A stretch of 61,427 bases of DNA, filler included, from Basidiobolus ranarum (taxonomy: Eukaryota): the NCBI GenBank assembly GCA_040143965.1. It is 4 parts of 4 records of this genome, joined end to end, with 100 filler letters (N's around TTAATTAATTAA, not from the genome) between each part and the next. Parts side by side here need not be neighbours in the genome. Positions count along the whole stretch, not along the records: positions 1 to 15,318 come from JASJQH010000383.1; 3 more parts are not named here. The stretch is one strand, 5' to 3'. Position 1 is the first letter of the stretch. Each line of letters starts with the position of its first letter. Position numbers and translations under genes: made by a program. Under the pieces are notes generated by a model that was given only the letters and a program-made list of their open reading frames with translations, was not told the DNA's origin and did no database searches. This document shows positions 1-12,791 of the stretch, piece by piece.

Positions 1-180
1 ACCTAAAAAAATATATATATTTTCTCTTCAACCAAATCTCATATTCAAATCATAGATTTCTTACATACAATATAACTTATACTGGCCAGCCATTTACTAC
101 AAACCCTATTAACTCCTGAGGGATTGAAATATAGATGTCATCAGGAGTGCATAATCCAAAAATACTGATGCTCAAAATCT

Positions 181-530
181 TGAAATAAGCATAGCCTAAA
201 CATCTATATAGTCATATAGAGCCTAGTATTTAGTTATTCCATATTGAACCAAGATATTACTCACTATTCTCTAGAGCAATTTACTTTGAATATTTTTACC
301 AACTTGAAAATTCTCATATATATAGATTTTTCAAACTTGTGTTAGAGGCCCCAAACTTTGCACACATGTTTCTGGGACCTTCTTTGACACATTCTACATG
401 TTTGCTTGCTTACATCTTTACAAAACTATAAATGCCAACTTTCTACTCAATAAATCAATAAGTGAAAACCACCAATTCTGCTAGTACTCCAAATCACTTC
501 CAAAACTCCGAAAATACTTCAACACTATTC
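181..530 (+). repeat. Dispersed AT-rich repeat family, copy 1
   Basis: Aligns by eye to 42526-42860 (shared ctatatagtcatat, tatttagttat, caaaactataaatg, ctttctactcaataaatcaataagtgaaaaccacca), to the reverse complement of 15843-15980, and to 43711-44010. No CpG in 1-508. Confidence 0.85.
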
Positions 531-2287
531 AGCACCCTCCGGTACCATCAATTTCAATCATGATTACTCTATTACATTGAGCCAAGGTCCGATAACTCCC
601 GACCCGATGGAACAAGTCTAGTATATATCCCTACTGAGTATTAGTAAAGTGGAAATCTACTTCAGATACCTTTTTGGTTACGAAAATCCAAGAATTTGTA
701 AATTTACATGTAAATAAGAAGACCAGTTATCAGTTCTGTATAGTAGATTTGAATACCAAAATTTAATATGTTAACAATACTTGAATCTTAACTGATTCGG
801 TGAGCTATTACTATTGTCACTAAAAAGCATTGTTGTCTGCACTCCTTTGGATGGGAAGTCTATCAAGTCTACTTAAATATGGAATACTCCCTGCTAACTG
901 AGTGAGGTGGTCACTTTTCTAGCTTTGATATATGGAGATGAAGTGAGCCTTTGAACTTTAAACAAGGTAGCCTATGTTAAGCACAGTAGTACCCAGAATA
1001 CCTAAGGATTTACTTTATGATACAAACATTTTGTAATGTATGTAACGATCATCTAAATATCATCATGGCGATATGGGGAATCTTCCAAGAATTCCCGATG
1101 CTCATTTCTTGAATAAAGTTAAGGTTAGCTTAACTTAACCATCATTTAATCCATAAATAAGAATCTAGAACTCATATCATTTCACCATCAATGACTCATG
1201 CACAAACCATACCTCTTCTTTGTAATGCTCGAACTAGGAACAGTGCTAAAGAAGTACAAACCATCAAAAATGATGATTTTGGTAGTTCACTCATATGATA
1301 AGGGACTTGTCAACTAAAGTCCAGTAATAAATAGTACTAAAGATCGAGGCATACCTAAGTGAGAAAAAGTTGGGGGTGCATGAACCAATGTTGTAATAGA
1401 TCAATTGGTGGGTAAAGAGGCTTTCAAACTACTCAGAATGTAGGACATAATGCATACGATCTGACTCGATTTCAATGCAGTTCAGTCTAGTCCAGTGCTG
1501 TGTGAATATTCAAAACGAAAATTGGGATTCAACCTGTTCTTACTATATGGGGAACTTTCTAAAGGTGGTGGATATTTCCGAACCTATTGGGAATTCTAAA
1601 GAAACCTCTACAGGTGTTACATCGAAAGCATTTTGGTTGGTTTACTTTCAGCAATCCGAGACCTCGGGTAATATAGTAGTGGTGAAATTGGAAATCAGGT
1701 GATGAAAGGGTACTGTTAATTGGTTGCGGAAGTAGAACTGTTCGCTTGTTGTTAGTATAAAGAAATGTCAGTTTAATGCAAAGGAGGACAAGTATTAGAC
1801 ACTAACTATGAGTTTGGAATTTCTGTGCCCAGAGGGTTCATACGTAGCCCCAAGAATCCCCAGAATCCTGCAGACCTAGATTCAGTCAAGTTCACTGTTT
1901 CACCAGTGAATCTAAATGATGGACCAACCCAAAGTAATGATCCGATAACCAACATTTCTGTAGTATGAGAGGGTCTCTAAAGGTTAAATTAGCATTTGTT
2001 AGTCTAGAAACAGGATATGTTTGTGTTACATGATTCCCCAACAAGAAAATTCTACCGTAGCTCGAATTCACGGCACGGAGCGGATATGCCACATATCTTA
2101 TATTCCGAATTGAACACAACGAAATATCATTGGTTTATGATGTGAGAGATTCACATGAAGCAATAAAGAGAGTATATGGTTGCTGAGTAGATTTATTATT
2201 ACATAATTGAAACTGTACAAATTAACGGACTATATAGCGAGTGGTCACACATTTTTACAACTCCTTTGATGAGGAAAAAGATGAGAA

Positions 2288-2578
2288 TCAATACTTGGCA
2301 TAGGGCGTGAAGTCTTGCTCACTCAGTCGACGGTTGGAGAGACGATCTATTGAAGCGCGCATCCGTGCCATATCAACTTGGAATTCTAAATCCATAGATG
2401 ATTCCACACATTGGTTTTCAAGAACATGGGATGAGCTGTGATGTATATACTGTTCGAATTCCAATAGAGCTTCTTCGCAGTCGTGTGAGGCGTGTGAGCA
2501 ATGGCAGAAGGTGCACTCAACTTTGTGAGCTTTGATAGAAAGGCGTTTCTGAAGACGACGAAGAGATGAGAAGAGCAT
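2288..2578 (-). CDS. Small Cx2Cx3Hx4C zinc-knuckle-like protein, paralog 1 (96 aa)
   Basis: ATG at 2578 gives MLFSSLRRLQKRLS...CTFCHCSHASHDC...EFEQYIHHSSSHVLENQC; clearly homologous to the ORFs at 3815-4120 and 6087-6453. Confidence 0.75.
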   Translation of the reverse strand: MLFSSLRRLQKRLSIKAHKVECTFCHCSHASHDCEEALLEFEQYIHHSSSHVLENQCVESSMDLEFQVDMARMRASIDRLSNRRLSEQDFTPYAKY

Positions 2579-3049
2579 ATTTGCTGATAAAATTGAAAGA
2601 TAACTTTCCACTGGCCAGTCACTCTCATTTTATATCAGGCATTACGATAGATCCAGATATGAATCTGGAATTCAAAGAAACCGTGACCAATGATTTCAAT
2701 ACAAGCGATCTTTGCCTCATAGATTAGCTCAGCTACACAAATATATATCAAGTCATAACCACAACCGCAACCGCAACTGCAACCGAAACCGCCCTTCATC
2801 ATTGTGCCATAGTTATATTATCCGTTGATCAGAATTTCACTTGTACGTAATTGGACTGTATGTTACTAATATTATTTAGTGAAGTCAGACAAGTAATACT
2901 GTGGCGTTTGATCGATTCGTCAATATCCATCGGTTTCGCAAGAATTGGATCATTCAATGCCGATTATTTGTGAACACTATTGGATCATTCGAGGTAAACT
3001 ATCGTGCATATTGAATCACTTTCATCAACTCATACAGGACCTTTTATTA

Positions 3050-3078
3050 GCGAATTAGGGCGAATTAGGGCGAATTGG
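3050..3078 (+). repeat. 10-bp tandem repeat (GCGAATTAGG, about 3 copies)
   Basis: gcgaattagggcgaattagggcgaattgg read directly; contains TTAGGG. Confidence 0.8.
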
Positions 3079-3814
3079 CTTTGTTATACTTTCTATTCAC
3101 AGAACCTTTGGCAACATCCAAAAAAGTTATACAAAGCTGACTTCACTGCAGGAAATAGATTTAGTTAATGTTTGCCAGGCCTTTGTATGACTCAATCATT
3201 CGGTTTCATAATGAGTGAATGGGGGCGTGAACGCTTAGTACAGCCTAGAGTCTCTAAATTAATTCATTACAACGGGTTCACAATGTAAATGCATGAAATA
3301 CTTCTCAATACAATCCATACATCACCGCAATATGGAGGGAACTTTTAATATCGGTCTGGGTTTGAATTTCTTTCTTCATTATCAATCTAGCCTTAGGGTT
3401 AGGTGTAGATATTCACACGTCTTGAGCTTTTCCACTTATTGCTTTCTAATCTAGTAAATCCCGATTGGATGGTAGTTGTGCCAAGCAATGACGACATACG
3501 TAGTAGATTCATTTATTCGTAAATTCTTAGATCATATTTAACAGTGATTTGGTTGAAATGAGTAATCATGTTTAGTTATGACTATGCTTCATAGCAACTA
3601 TTGAACTAAGATTTGGTTTAGTTGGAATTAGTCATAGACGTTTAACTTTGACTGAACTTGAATAAAATAATATCTAGTAATTATGTTTAATCAGAATCAG
3701 CGATCCTACATCCAATATCGTATAAACTATACAACCTATCAACCAGAATACAAGTACATCAGTTCGATAAAGAAACTGTACATAAAATCATTTTACATTT
3801 TTTTGAATGGAGTT

Positions 3815-4120
3815 TCAACTGATGTTATTGTTTCTACGTAAAAATATCTTTTGTTTACAAAGACTCGATAAACGACCAACAAAGCTATCAATGCCCACCC
3901 GGGCTATATCCAGCTTGAATTCCTGATTTGAGGCGGATATATAGCATTGATTCGTTAAGACACTATGTGAGCTGTGAGTTACGTATTGTTCAAATTCAGC
4001 TACCACTTCGATACATTCTTCCGCATAATGATTTCCTTCACAGAAACTACACTTCTTTTCGAGACTGGAATTTGACGAGGAGTCCTTGGAGAGGCGGTGA
4101 ATAGAGCGAGTGAACAACAT
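3815..4120 (-). CDS. Small Cx2Cx3Hx4C zinc-knuckle-like protein, paralog 2 (101 aa)
   Basis: MLFTRSIHRLSK...CSFCEGNHYAEEC...EFEQYVTHSSHSVLTNQC...EFKLDIAR; same motif spacing as paralogs 1 and 3. Confidence 0.75.
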   Translation of the reverse strand: MLFTRSIHRLSKDSSSNSSLEKKCSFCEGNHYAEECIEVVAEFEQYVTHSSHSVLTNQCYISASNQEFKLDIARVGIDSFVGRLSSLCKQKIFLRRNNNIS

Positions 4121-6086
4121 GTTGATAAGAGTGCGAGAATTCTGGTTGACAACTGGTAAGTGTGTTAAAAAACCATCACATTGGGGGTTTTCTTATTTAT
4201 ATCAGGATGGTGTATTCGCTCATTAGTAGAATGAAATAGTTTATTCAAAGCATGTAGATCAGTTGGGGGTAAAGCGGAACCGACTGAGACACAGAAATCA
4301 ATAAACTTTCGGATCGGCAAGCTCCAGGATTGTATGAGGTAAGAAAACATCCCTTAATTCTGTTCAGTACACCCGGAATACTTCTGGGACATTTAACCGC
4401 TCCGGTTGGATCTAGATCTATACAGGTGTCATCTCTTCTCTGTTGTCAACAAACTATATTAAGAGAGGTTCTTTCATTCATAGAAGTCATAACGCCAAGT
4501 ATTCCACATTTTGCAACAAGTAAAGAGCGCTCGATGGTTTCTAGCTAAACAGTATACATTGATGACAACGATAGTGCTGGAGGATTAATATGAGACACAT
4601 CAGTTCGTTGATACATGAACGTAATGGATTTGAATATAGTTGGTCTTTTAAGGAAATTTTGTGACAGTGATTGTATAGCTACTTCATTGGTTATTTTTGT
4701 CAACATTTGCAGGAGTTTAATGTTGAAGATTGAGACAAGCTCAAATCAAAATTTGGATTACTTTCCTTATATTGTGGCCATTAAATCAGATGTAAAACCA
4801 ATATACACTGATCACTTCGCGTTTCGATTAAAATTTTTTCGCTTAAAATCTCAGGCTGGAGTTGTTGAGGTCATAGTCATGGTCATGGTGGTAGTTTAGG
4901 CAGAGTGTAGTTTTGTAGAAACATTTGTTCTATAAAATCCCACTCTGATCGTGATCGTTCATCGACAGTATATCTCCCTAACTTTATCGAGACCAATTTC
5001 CACTAGTTTATTAAAAGATCGTCATCGCATCAAGAAGCCCGCCCGGAGGAGAATGCCGCTTAGCAGAGCTGCTGAGACCGCTCTAGAAGCGGGTATTATG
5101 ATGCTAGTAAATTGACTTGATTCAGGGGGATCCACAGTGATTTAAGTAGTAATTGATTGCTTCCAAGTTGACTAACAAAATGGTCTGCTTACTTAGATAT
5201 GATCGCTGATTCTCTGGTAAGCGGGAGGTAAAGTAAGCAGCGTTTGAGGGGTTTGGCAGGTCAGAGCAGCTAAAGATTGATTTGGATATTATTTAATATA
5301 AACGTCTGAGCTAGGGTCATTATTTACATTGGGTAAAACAAGTGATGTGATTTAATCTAGATGGACTTATTAAGTCTGAAGTGGGCGACAAGAGATATAT
5401 GTGATGAGCGATGAGCTGCGTTACTTCTTCAAATTGAATCCCAAGTATCCTTTCTATTGTTTATCCCATGTAATTTTTGGGAAGATTTAGCTGTTACTAC
5501 TTCTATTCACCGGATGTTTACCCGGATGTTTAGGAAGATTAAGCGGTTAATACTCCAGAATTCATTAGAACATGTATATCACATTAATGGCAAGGTTTCG
5601 AATGAAGACGAGTTAGTCATATATGCATATGTGTTTAGTCCTCTACATCCTCGTTCTATCATTGAAAATGAAGAGCTTCAAAGCTCTATCATTGCATGCA
5701 TATCACTTGCTAGATTTCGATCAGCAACTAGGAGAGTATATTTCCACTTCTTTGTTCACATCAATCAAGACAGAGATGGTTTAGGATCTGTATCATGTCT
5801 TTACTATAAATAATCATTTCATTTAATTTGGATAATTACTTTGGAAAATCCATGCTTAAATAAATCACCTTTTAGGGAGTGTTGTTTAAGGATGGTTTCA
5901 ACTTGTGCTTTGGAAAGCCAATGTGAATTACCCGAGCAGTGGATTAACTCGAGAGTGACTCAGTAATAAAAATTCCTGCGGGGATTCAAAACTCAACACT
6001 CCTTCAACATTTCAAGAAGGTACAAATAGTGAACATGGAGATCACATCTGATATATCAAATTCCAATTCAATCCAATCTCACAAAC

Positions 6087-6453
6087 ATGTTTCCTTTATC
6101 TATACGCCGCCATTTTTCCTTCAAAACTTCCACCAAAAAAGTCACTTGTAGTTTCTGTCGTGGAAAACATACCTCTGAAGAATGCAAAGAGGCAATATCT
6201 GACCTCGAAAAATTCGTATCATTAAGTTCACTTCACATACTTGAGGATCAGTGCGTACAGTCCACACTGGATTTAGAGCTTCGTTTGGATCTGGCAAAGC
6301 TTCAAGCCTCTCTTTCTAAACCTTCAAGGGGTAGATTTAGTGACCAGGTGAGATAGCATTATTATCTATTTCTTTAAAAGTTACTCTCACTAACTAAACC
6401 TTTTCTATTCTTAGGAATTCATTTTGAAAAACAATTCTATAGAGTCGCTTTGA
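6087..6453 (+). CDS. Small Cx2Cx3Hx4C zinc-knuckle-like protein, paralog 3 (99 aa if spliced)
   Basis: MFPLSIRRHFSFK...CSFCRGKHTSEEC...LEDQC. Predicted intron 6348-6414 (GTGAGA...CACTAAC...TTAG) gives C-terminus SDQEFILKNNSIESL, matching paralog 1 SEQDF. Confidence 0.75.
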
Positions 6454-6877
6454 CACCCTTGTATTGTATGGTTTATAGTAGAGCTAATACATTGACGTTG
6501 ATGTTATAGCTCCCTTCCTTGTATTTTTATTGAAGGAATTCGTAAATGCTGGATTCATTTCACATATTCCCCTTATAGCCACAATAAATGCTTCACGAGT
6601 TAGTCGATCGTTCCCAATGCTAATTCCCAACCCTAATCATATGATCACTTGTGAGTTACCCTAACCCTTAAATGGGGCAAATAGAGTCATCACGCAGGTC
6701 ACACACAAACAGGTTAACCAGGTTTACAGTTCTGATGGTAACCCTCTGAGTAACCTTGACCTACCCTCACCTCCCCTCCCCCCAATCTTAATTCTCTATG
6801 AATGGTGAAAGCTTAGGCCTGTTAACGCTTGTACAAACATGATGAGTATTAACAATTAGAATTTATTATTGTTGTGA

Positions 6878-6951
6878 TATATATAGTGGCTAGAGTATGA
6901 ATATAAATATATATATAGTGGGTTAGAGTATGAATATAAATATATATAAAT
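6878..6951 (+). repeat. Approximately 31-bp tandem duplication downstream of arrestin gene
   Basis: atatatagtgg(c/gt)tagagtatgaatataaat occurs twice in succession. Confidence 0.75.
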
Positions 6952-6991
6952 CAAAATTGATTGGTATCAGTGGGTGTATGTACGAGGATAT

Positions 6992-8086
6992 TTACGTTGA
7001 TATGGGTGTTGGGGTATATGATGGTGGTGGTAAGCTCACATATGAGCATATGGGCTGGTACCTGGGTGGAGATATATCCAAAGATATTTGCTCACTAGAC
7101 CTTACAATTACTGGTAAATCTTTCTGTAAGATGAGTTTTGTCCCGTGAAGTTTATCTCTCATTGTAAATAGAATGCAGAGATCGTGTTTAACTTGAATGT
7201 ATTCAGTATTCAATGTAGGATAAACTCCTGATGGTAAGATCAACTCGGGTTGAAATTTGTGTGCGCCTTCTTGTCCGGCAACGGCACTTCTAAAGTCCCC
7301 AAATTTCGTACTCTTTAATGAATGTTCCTGAGTTCGAAAGTCCCAGCTACCTCCTGGACCGGAGTAGTGTGTGGTCTCAGTTAAGCGGAATTCAATTTTT
7401 TGGATATCTAGATCGTTGGTCAGTGAATTGAGGTCTAGACTTATTGGGTTGTTCTGGTTGATCACTAGAGTTGGCTCGCTAACAGATATACGATATTGGA
7501 AACGACCTTCCCAGGTACCCTCGGTTTCACTTGGATACATGAGAGCATCATGATGATGTGGCGAATAGTTACGTAGCACTTCCAATGTCCGCCTAGTTTT
7601 AAGATCAAAGCGGATTCCAGGTCTTTCTACAACAGCAATCATTTGGTATTCGATGCGACCAAAGGGTAAATTGGTGGATTCAGGTGTACTACCATCCAAA
7701 GCCAACTCGAAAGGATAACGGTATTGATGGTTCATTAATGTATGAATTCCTTCTTCGGGCTTCAAAAAGTGTAGCTGCTTTAACACAATAATATGTTGAC
7801 GGCATGAAATATCTAAAAAGAAGGTTAGTCAAAATTCACCAAAAAATAACTTTGTTGCTTTGATAGACTTACTGTCACTTTCGTTTAGTGTTACTCGGCC
7901 AATGAGCTTGGCCCATATGGACTTGACTTTCAGAGGGTTATTGACGGTAAGTACAACAGCGCCTCGTAATACACACCCAACAGACTCTTGAGGAGTACCT
8001 TGCAGTGTGAGAATGTCGTTTTCGAATTCGACCTCTAGGTGAGCGTCTTTACTTAAAAAAGGTAGGTACTTGGTACGTTTAAACAT
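6992..8086 (-). CDS. Alpha-arrestin (ART-type ubiquitin ligase adaptor), paralog A, 2 exons
   Basis: ATG 8086 (MFKRTKYLPF); intron 7813-7872 (GTAAGT...TAG, 60 bp); arrestin-N motifs GCVLRGAVVL, YRYPFELAL, PES, GRIEY; C-terminal PY motifs PPRY and PPSY. Confidence 0.9.
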
Positions 8087-9136
8087 AGCGGGAGTATTAA
8101 AGGTAAAGCAAGGAATTTTTAAACAATTGTACAATAAAAGGTTAATGGTATTTGACACTAAGACAATTTCGGTTCCCAGCTGACGTTTTATGCAATCCCT
8201 TAAACAATGGACATAGACTTTTAAGAAGTCACCTTGTGTAATCAAACCCTAAAATTCGAATGCAGCAAATCGAGTGGACGCACGAGCACCAATAGAGGAT
8301 AAAGGTGACCTGCTATATATGGGCAAGAGGGAAAATCCAAGGTCACTAGATTGGCTCATCTATCCTAGATAAAAAAATATCAAACCATAATGGGGCAGAA
8401 ATGGTTAAATGGGGTGACAGCAGTTCATCGATTGATCATTCCGTTCGTTCTGTTCATTCCTGATCATTTATTCATTCCATCAAAAGGTTCTGTTAATAGT
8501 ACCATTATTTGTCATCATTATCATCATTGCTTGCCACTATATGGTAGAAATCTGATCGGTAACAGCCACTGAGATTTCAACGATACCGAGTTTTCTTGAT
8601 TTGGAAGTAGATTCATTTGTTTACTGGCCCAGTTGGCTCGACATCACTATATCAAGTCCTATCACTGACCCAGTTTGGAACTGCCAAGCTCCAGAAAGCG
8701 TAAACTTAGTCAAAGTGCAGGTTAAGGGGTTAAAGTAGGTCGTATATGTATAAACCACCAATAAATCACGTATAAACTGTTCATAATTCGGCATAGACAT
8801 TTTGGTCGAGTAGGTCTCAGCTTGTTCCGAGTTACTAATCGTAGATTCCATTACTACTTTCTGTCATCACTCTTACCTGAACGGTTTAATGGAATGTCAA
8901 TGACTGTTCCATATATTATTTTGTATTTTACCGCGAACGATGCCACGGCAGCGGATAAATTATCATATATTACATTGGCTACTTCGGTGTCTTTACAAAT
9001 GATTAACAAGGTTTATTAACATGCACTCCTCCAATAGAAGTTGTGGAGTTCAAATAGTGATATCTAGGTAATGTTCAGGATTATTGGATCTAATAGGACT
9101 TGGGAATGACGTGAATTAAAGTAGTAAAGTATAGTA

Positions 9137-10231
9137 TCAAGCTAGGATGGAAGCGGGTGTGTATGCTGGAGGTGACCCTAAAGTTACCGTACAAGCAGAG
9201 GCTGGTTCATATTCAGGTGGGGACATTTCTAAGCACTGTTGTAAACACGACCTAACAGTAATGGGGAATTCGTACTCAAGCACTCGCTTTTCACCAGTTC
9301 GATGATCAAGAATGTGGAACAGAACCATAATGTCGTGAGTAATCTGGATGTAATCCGTATTCAAGGTACATTGAACTCCAGGGAGTAACACGAGTTGTGG
9401 GCTGAGTTTCCATTCCTCACCATCACCGGTGATTTTGTCTTCTTTGAGCTCCAATAAATGACTTACGTGGGTTCGTAGGTCAATAGTGTTTTCAGGTGTA
9501 CCACAGCAAATGGTTTCAAGGAGATTAAATTCAATCTTGACCAAGTCGAAATCTTTACCTAATGACGTAAGGTCTAAAGATATGGGAAAAGACTGGCCGA
9601 TGGTCACTGCAGGCTGGGGGATTTCGAAGTTGTAACGGAATCGGTCATCCCAAATACCGGAGGATTCGATGGTGTTACTGAACATTGAGTCGTAAGAACA
9701 ACCGGAGCTACGTTGTATCTTGACGACCTGTCTATTCTTGATATCAAAATGAAGACCGGTGCGCTCAACAATAGCGTGCATCTTGTATTCGATCTTTCCA
9801 TTGGGCAAGGTAATTGATTCAGGGAGACAGCCCTCAAGAGCCACCTCGAAATTGTAACGATAGTGGTTGGGCTTCAAGTTGTATGGGCCGTCTTCAGCAG
9901 GAAGGAATTGGAATTCTCGTTCAACGAAAATATACTCTCTCCAAGAAACATCTGAAATAGTTAGGTTAGCAAGGTGTTGTATTGGCATAATAATTATATG
10001 ATAATACATACTGTCGTTTCCGCATAAATTGGCTCTTCCGACGAATTTGCCATATATAGATTTAACTTTCATTTCGTTGAATATCGTGAAAACTACTGAT
10101 CCTCGAAGTACACAACCGACTGAGTCTTCAGCACTCCCACGCATAGTAAGTGTGTCATTTTCTAACTCGATGTTTAAGCACTCGACAGAGGCGAAATTGA
10201 ATTGAGGCAACCAAATTGGAGTTGGGAACAT
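9137..10231 (-). CDS. Alpha-arrestin (ART-type adaptor), paralog B, 2 exons
   Basis: GCVLRGSVVF, YRYNFEVAL, LPES, GKIEY; PY motifs PPEY and PPAY. In-frame 60-bp intron 9952-10011 (GTATGT...GCTAAC...CAG) at the same position as in paralog A. Confidence 0.9.
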   Translation of the reverse strand: MFPTPIWLPQFNFASVECLNIELENDTLTMRGSAEDSVGCVLRGSVVFTIFNEMKVKSIYGKFVGRANLCGNDSMYYHIIIMPIQHLANLTISDVSWREYIFVEREFQFLPAEDGPYNLKPNHYRYNFEVALEGCLPESITLPNGKIEYKMHAIVERTGLHFDIKNRQVVKIQRSSGCSYDSMFSNTIESSGIWDDRFRYNFEIPQPAVTIGQSFPISLDLTSLGKDFDLVKIEFNLLETICCGTPENTIDLRTHVSHLLELKEDKITGDGEEWKLSPQLVLLPGVQCTLNTDYIQITHDIMVLFHILDHRTGEKRVLEYEFPITVRSCLQQCLEMSPPEYEPASACTVTLGSPPAYTPASILA

Positions 10232-11705
10232 TGTGAATGAAGATTATTAAGCGAAGCGCGTAGTAGCTGTACAAGTAGAAAGAGGCCCGAGGGCAGGTAG
10301 TATGATACACTGGTGAAGTATTGATGCAGAAATAGGAGGGGCCATGGGCTCTTTTATACTACCGATCATGCTTTTACCAGCGATCCCAATCCAAGTTTAG
10401 ATGAGGTGTGACGGTCAAGCATCCGGACAACGATGTTAGATGAATGAATTAGTAAACTCGGAGCCTTATGAAACAGCCATCTTATTATGGTAAAGTTCCT
10501 CATCAGTTCTAATAATAATTACATCCGGCATTCACTAAAGTTCGGCTCGGATTTTCTTACACGTGTAGCTGGAATTGGCTTATCTCCGTGGATTCGATTT
10601 GGTAACAAATATTAGAAATTGTTGAATTAGGCATTCACTACGATATGATGTACGAGATGTATAAGTATTATTGTCATCATTTCCATTAATGGCCTCGGAT
10701 GCTGTTCGGTTAATCTCCTCGTTCGTTGACTGAGGCCGGCTAGCCATTTACGGTAAATTATGCATGCATGTTGTTGGTGAAGTAACTGTATATTGCCCTC
10801 AAACCTCGAATTATCAGCTGTTATTATTATAGAACATTAAAGTTCATCATAACCCCAAGAACTTCGGATGTAACTCAATAGCTCCGTCTGGCCTTCCAAT
10901 GGGCTTGCACAATTCTCGGGTTATAAGCACTCGTGTCATGATAACTCTCGAGGCCGCATTAATATCAGTAAAAGAGCCATTGGTTAAGTTCCTCCAAAAA
11001 TAACGAATCTTCGGGATTGCAATATTTGAAGTACAATACATATCATAAGCCCCAATTAATGTCAGCTTAGTGATGTAAGAGTTGGGAACTTGGCTATCAT
11101 AGATTCACAGCTGAATCCCATCAGATCCCAAGTTGATAATCAACCTCCCCTACTCATTATATTGCATCATCCCACATATATTATGTCTTCCCCTTTCCAG
11201 AATGATAAGAGATTTTCGTGATTAATAAAGTGTACATTCTCATGCTTGACTAGATATTGGATCAAGTTATATCGATTTCACCACAAACATAGGAAACCCC
11301 GAACTTATTAAAACTAGATGGCGAATTTGTTTATTCATGCGTACACCAATATCTGACTGACTATTGTGTTGCTAATAAAATTACCGATTCAGTACCTAGC
11401 ATTACTCGTGAATTGAACATCTTCCCTACTTGGTCAACATATTTGAGGTGACTGAAATCTGGGGAACATACCTTTGAAAAGTGTTTTCTCGTTTGTTAGA
11501 CGTGCATGAATATCGCGGGAAAATCAACAAGCCTAGCCTATTTTAGTGGTGATGGCTGTCCTTTTTACCTGACAAGTACCAAAGCTAGCCCTATCTTATT
11601 TTACTTTCATTCTCTTGACACTCAAATACTCTACTGAGTTTAGATACCTTATATAGCACTCCGTTAAATTAGTGATTCCTGTACATATATTTATTCATAG
11701 TGATC

Positions 11706-12791
11706 ATGTTTGTCCCTGGAAAATTTACCCTCTTCATAACCGCTTTAGTGGCTATCGTAAGAGGCCAAGACGTCGGTGAAGGCATTGTACTCAGATGCTC
11801 TAAAGCAGGAGCATTTGCCTTGACTTTTGACGATGGTGAGCATCCCATCTTACGGCCCTTTGAGCCCAAGCCTAATTAAACATTGCTCAATATAGGTCCC
11901 AGTCCCTTTACTCCTCAGCTTTTGGATATCTTGAAAGCACGCAATATTCCAGCCACTTTCTTCGTACTTGGGATCCATGCTAGAAACCCAACTTATGCAC
12001 CCTACCTGAAGAGAGCTTTTGATGAAGGACATCAAATTGCTTTGCATACTGACACCCACCCACATTTGAATACACTTACACCTGATAAAATCCAAAACGA
12101 ATTGAATCAAAATGGAGAAACAGTCAAAGATATTATTGGGGCAGTACCGAACTATATGCGACCACCCTATGGCGAATGTAACCAAGTCACTAGGGGAACT
12201 ATACAGGAAATGGGATTTCTTATAGTCAACTGGAATGTAGACTCTAATGGTAACATGAAAATTAATTTCCTTTCACAGGAAAAAGCTAATAGATTTTCAA
12301 TTTTCAATTTTTAATTTTGTTCCACACTAGATTGGCGGTATCATGGAAATAGCGAAAATCATGATAAAATCTACGAAAATATGGCGGTAAAAATCAACCC
12401 ATCTGACTCTTTTAGCAACAGTTTTATATCCCTGCAGCACGATACCGAGGACTTTAGCGTAGCCAGAGTACCTCAAATCATTGACCTCATTGTTAGTAAG
12501 GGATTTCATTTTGAAACTGTCGCTGATTGCTTGGGGAATATGCTTCCTATGTATCGCGGTGCTCCCAACAACAACAATTCCACCGTGATCGCTCCAACAC
12601 CCAGTGCCAACGCAACTGCTAAACCTACAACTACCGCTGCCACACAGTCAACCTTTATATCACTAGATCCCGTTGCTACTCAACCACCACCTCGAAGGAT
12701 TGACACAAGAAGCTCAGCGGAATCGATCGCACCTGTATATTACGTATCATCTTTCTTAGCAATGATAGCGTATGCGTATGTCTGGAACTAA
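11706..12791 (+). CDS. Secreted, probably GPI-anchored polysaccharide/chitin deacetylase (CE4, NodB domain), 3 exons
   Basis: Signal peptide MFVPGKFTLFITALVAIVRG; CE4 motifs TFDDGP, HTDTH, RPPYG, DSNDW, LQHD; introns 11836-11895 and 12250-12330; Ser/Thr/Pro-rich tail and hydrophobic C-terminus. Confidence 0.92.

Noticed and set aside
2760-2792. CAACCG-type hexamer run upstream of microprotein paralog 1
   Set aside because: Short degenerate microsatellite not shared by the other paralogues.
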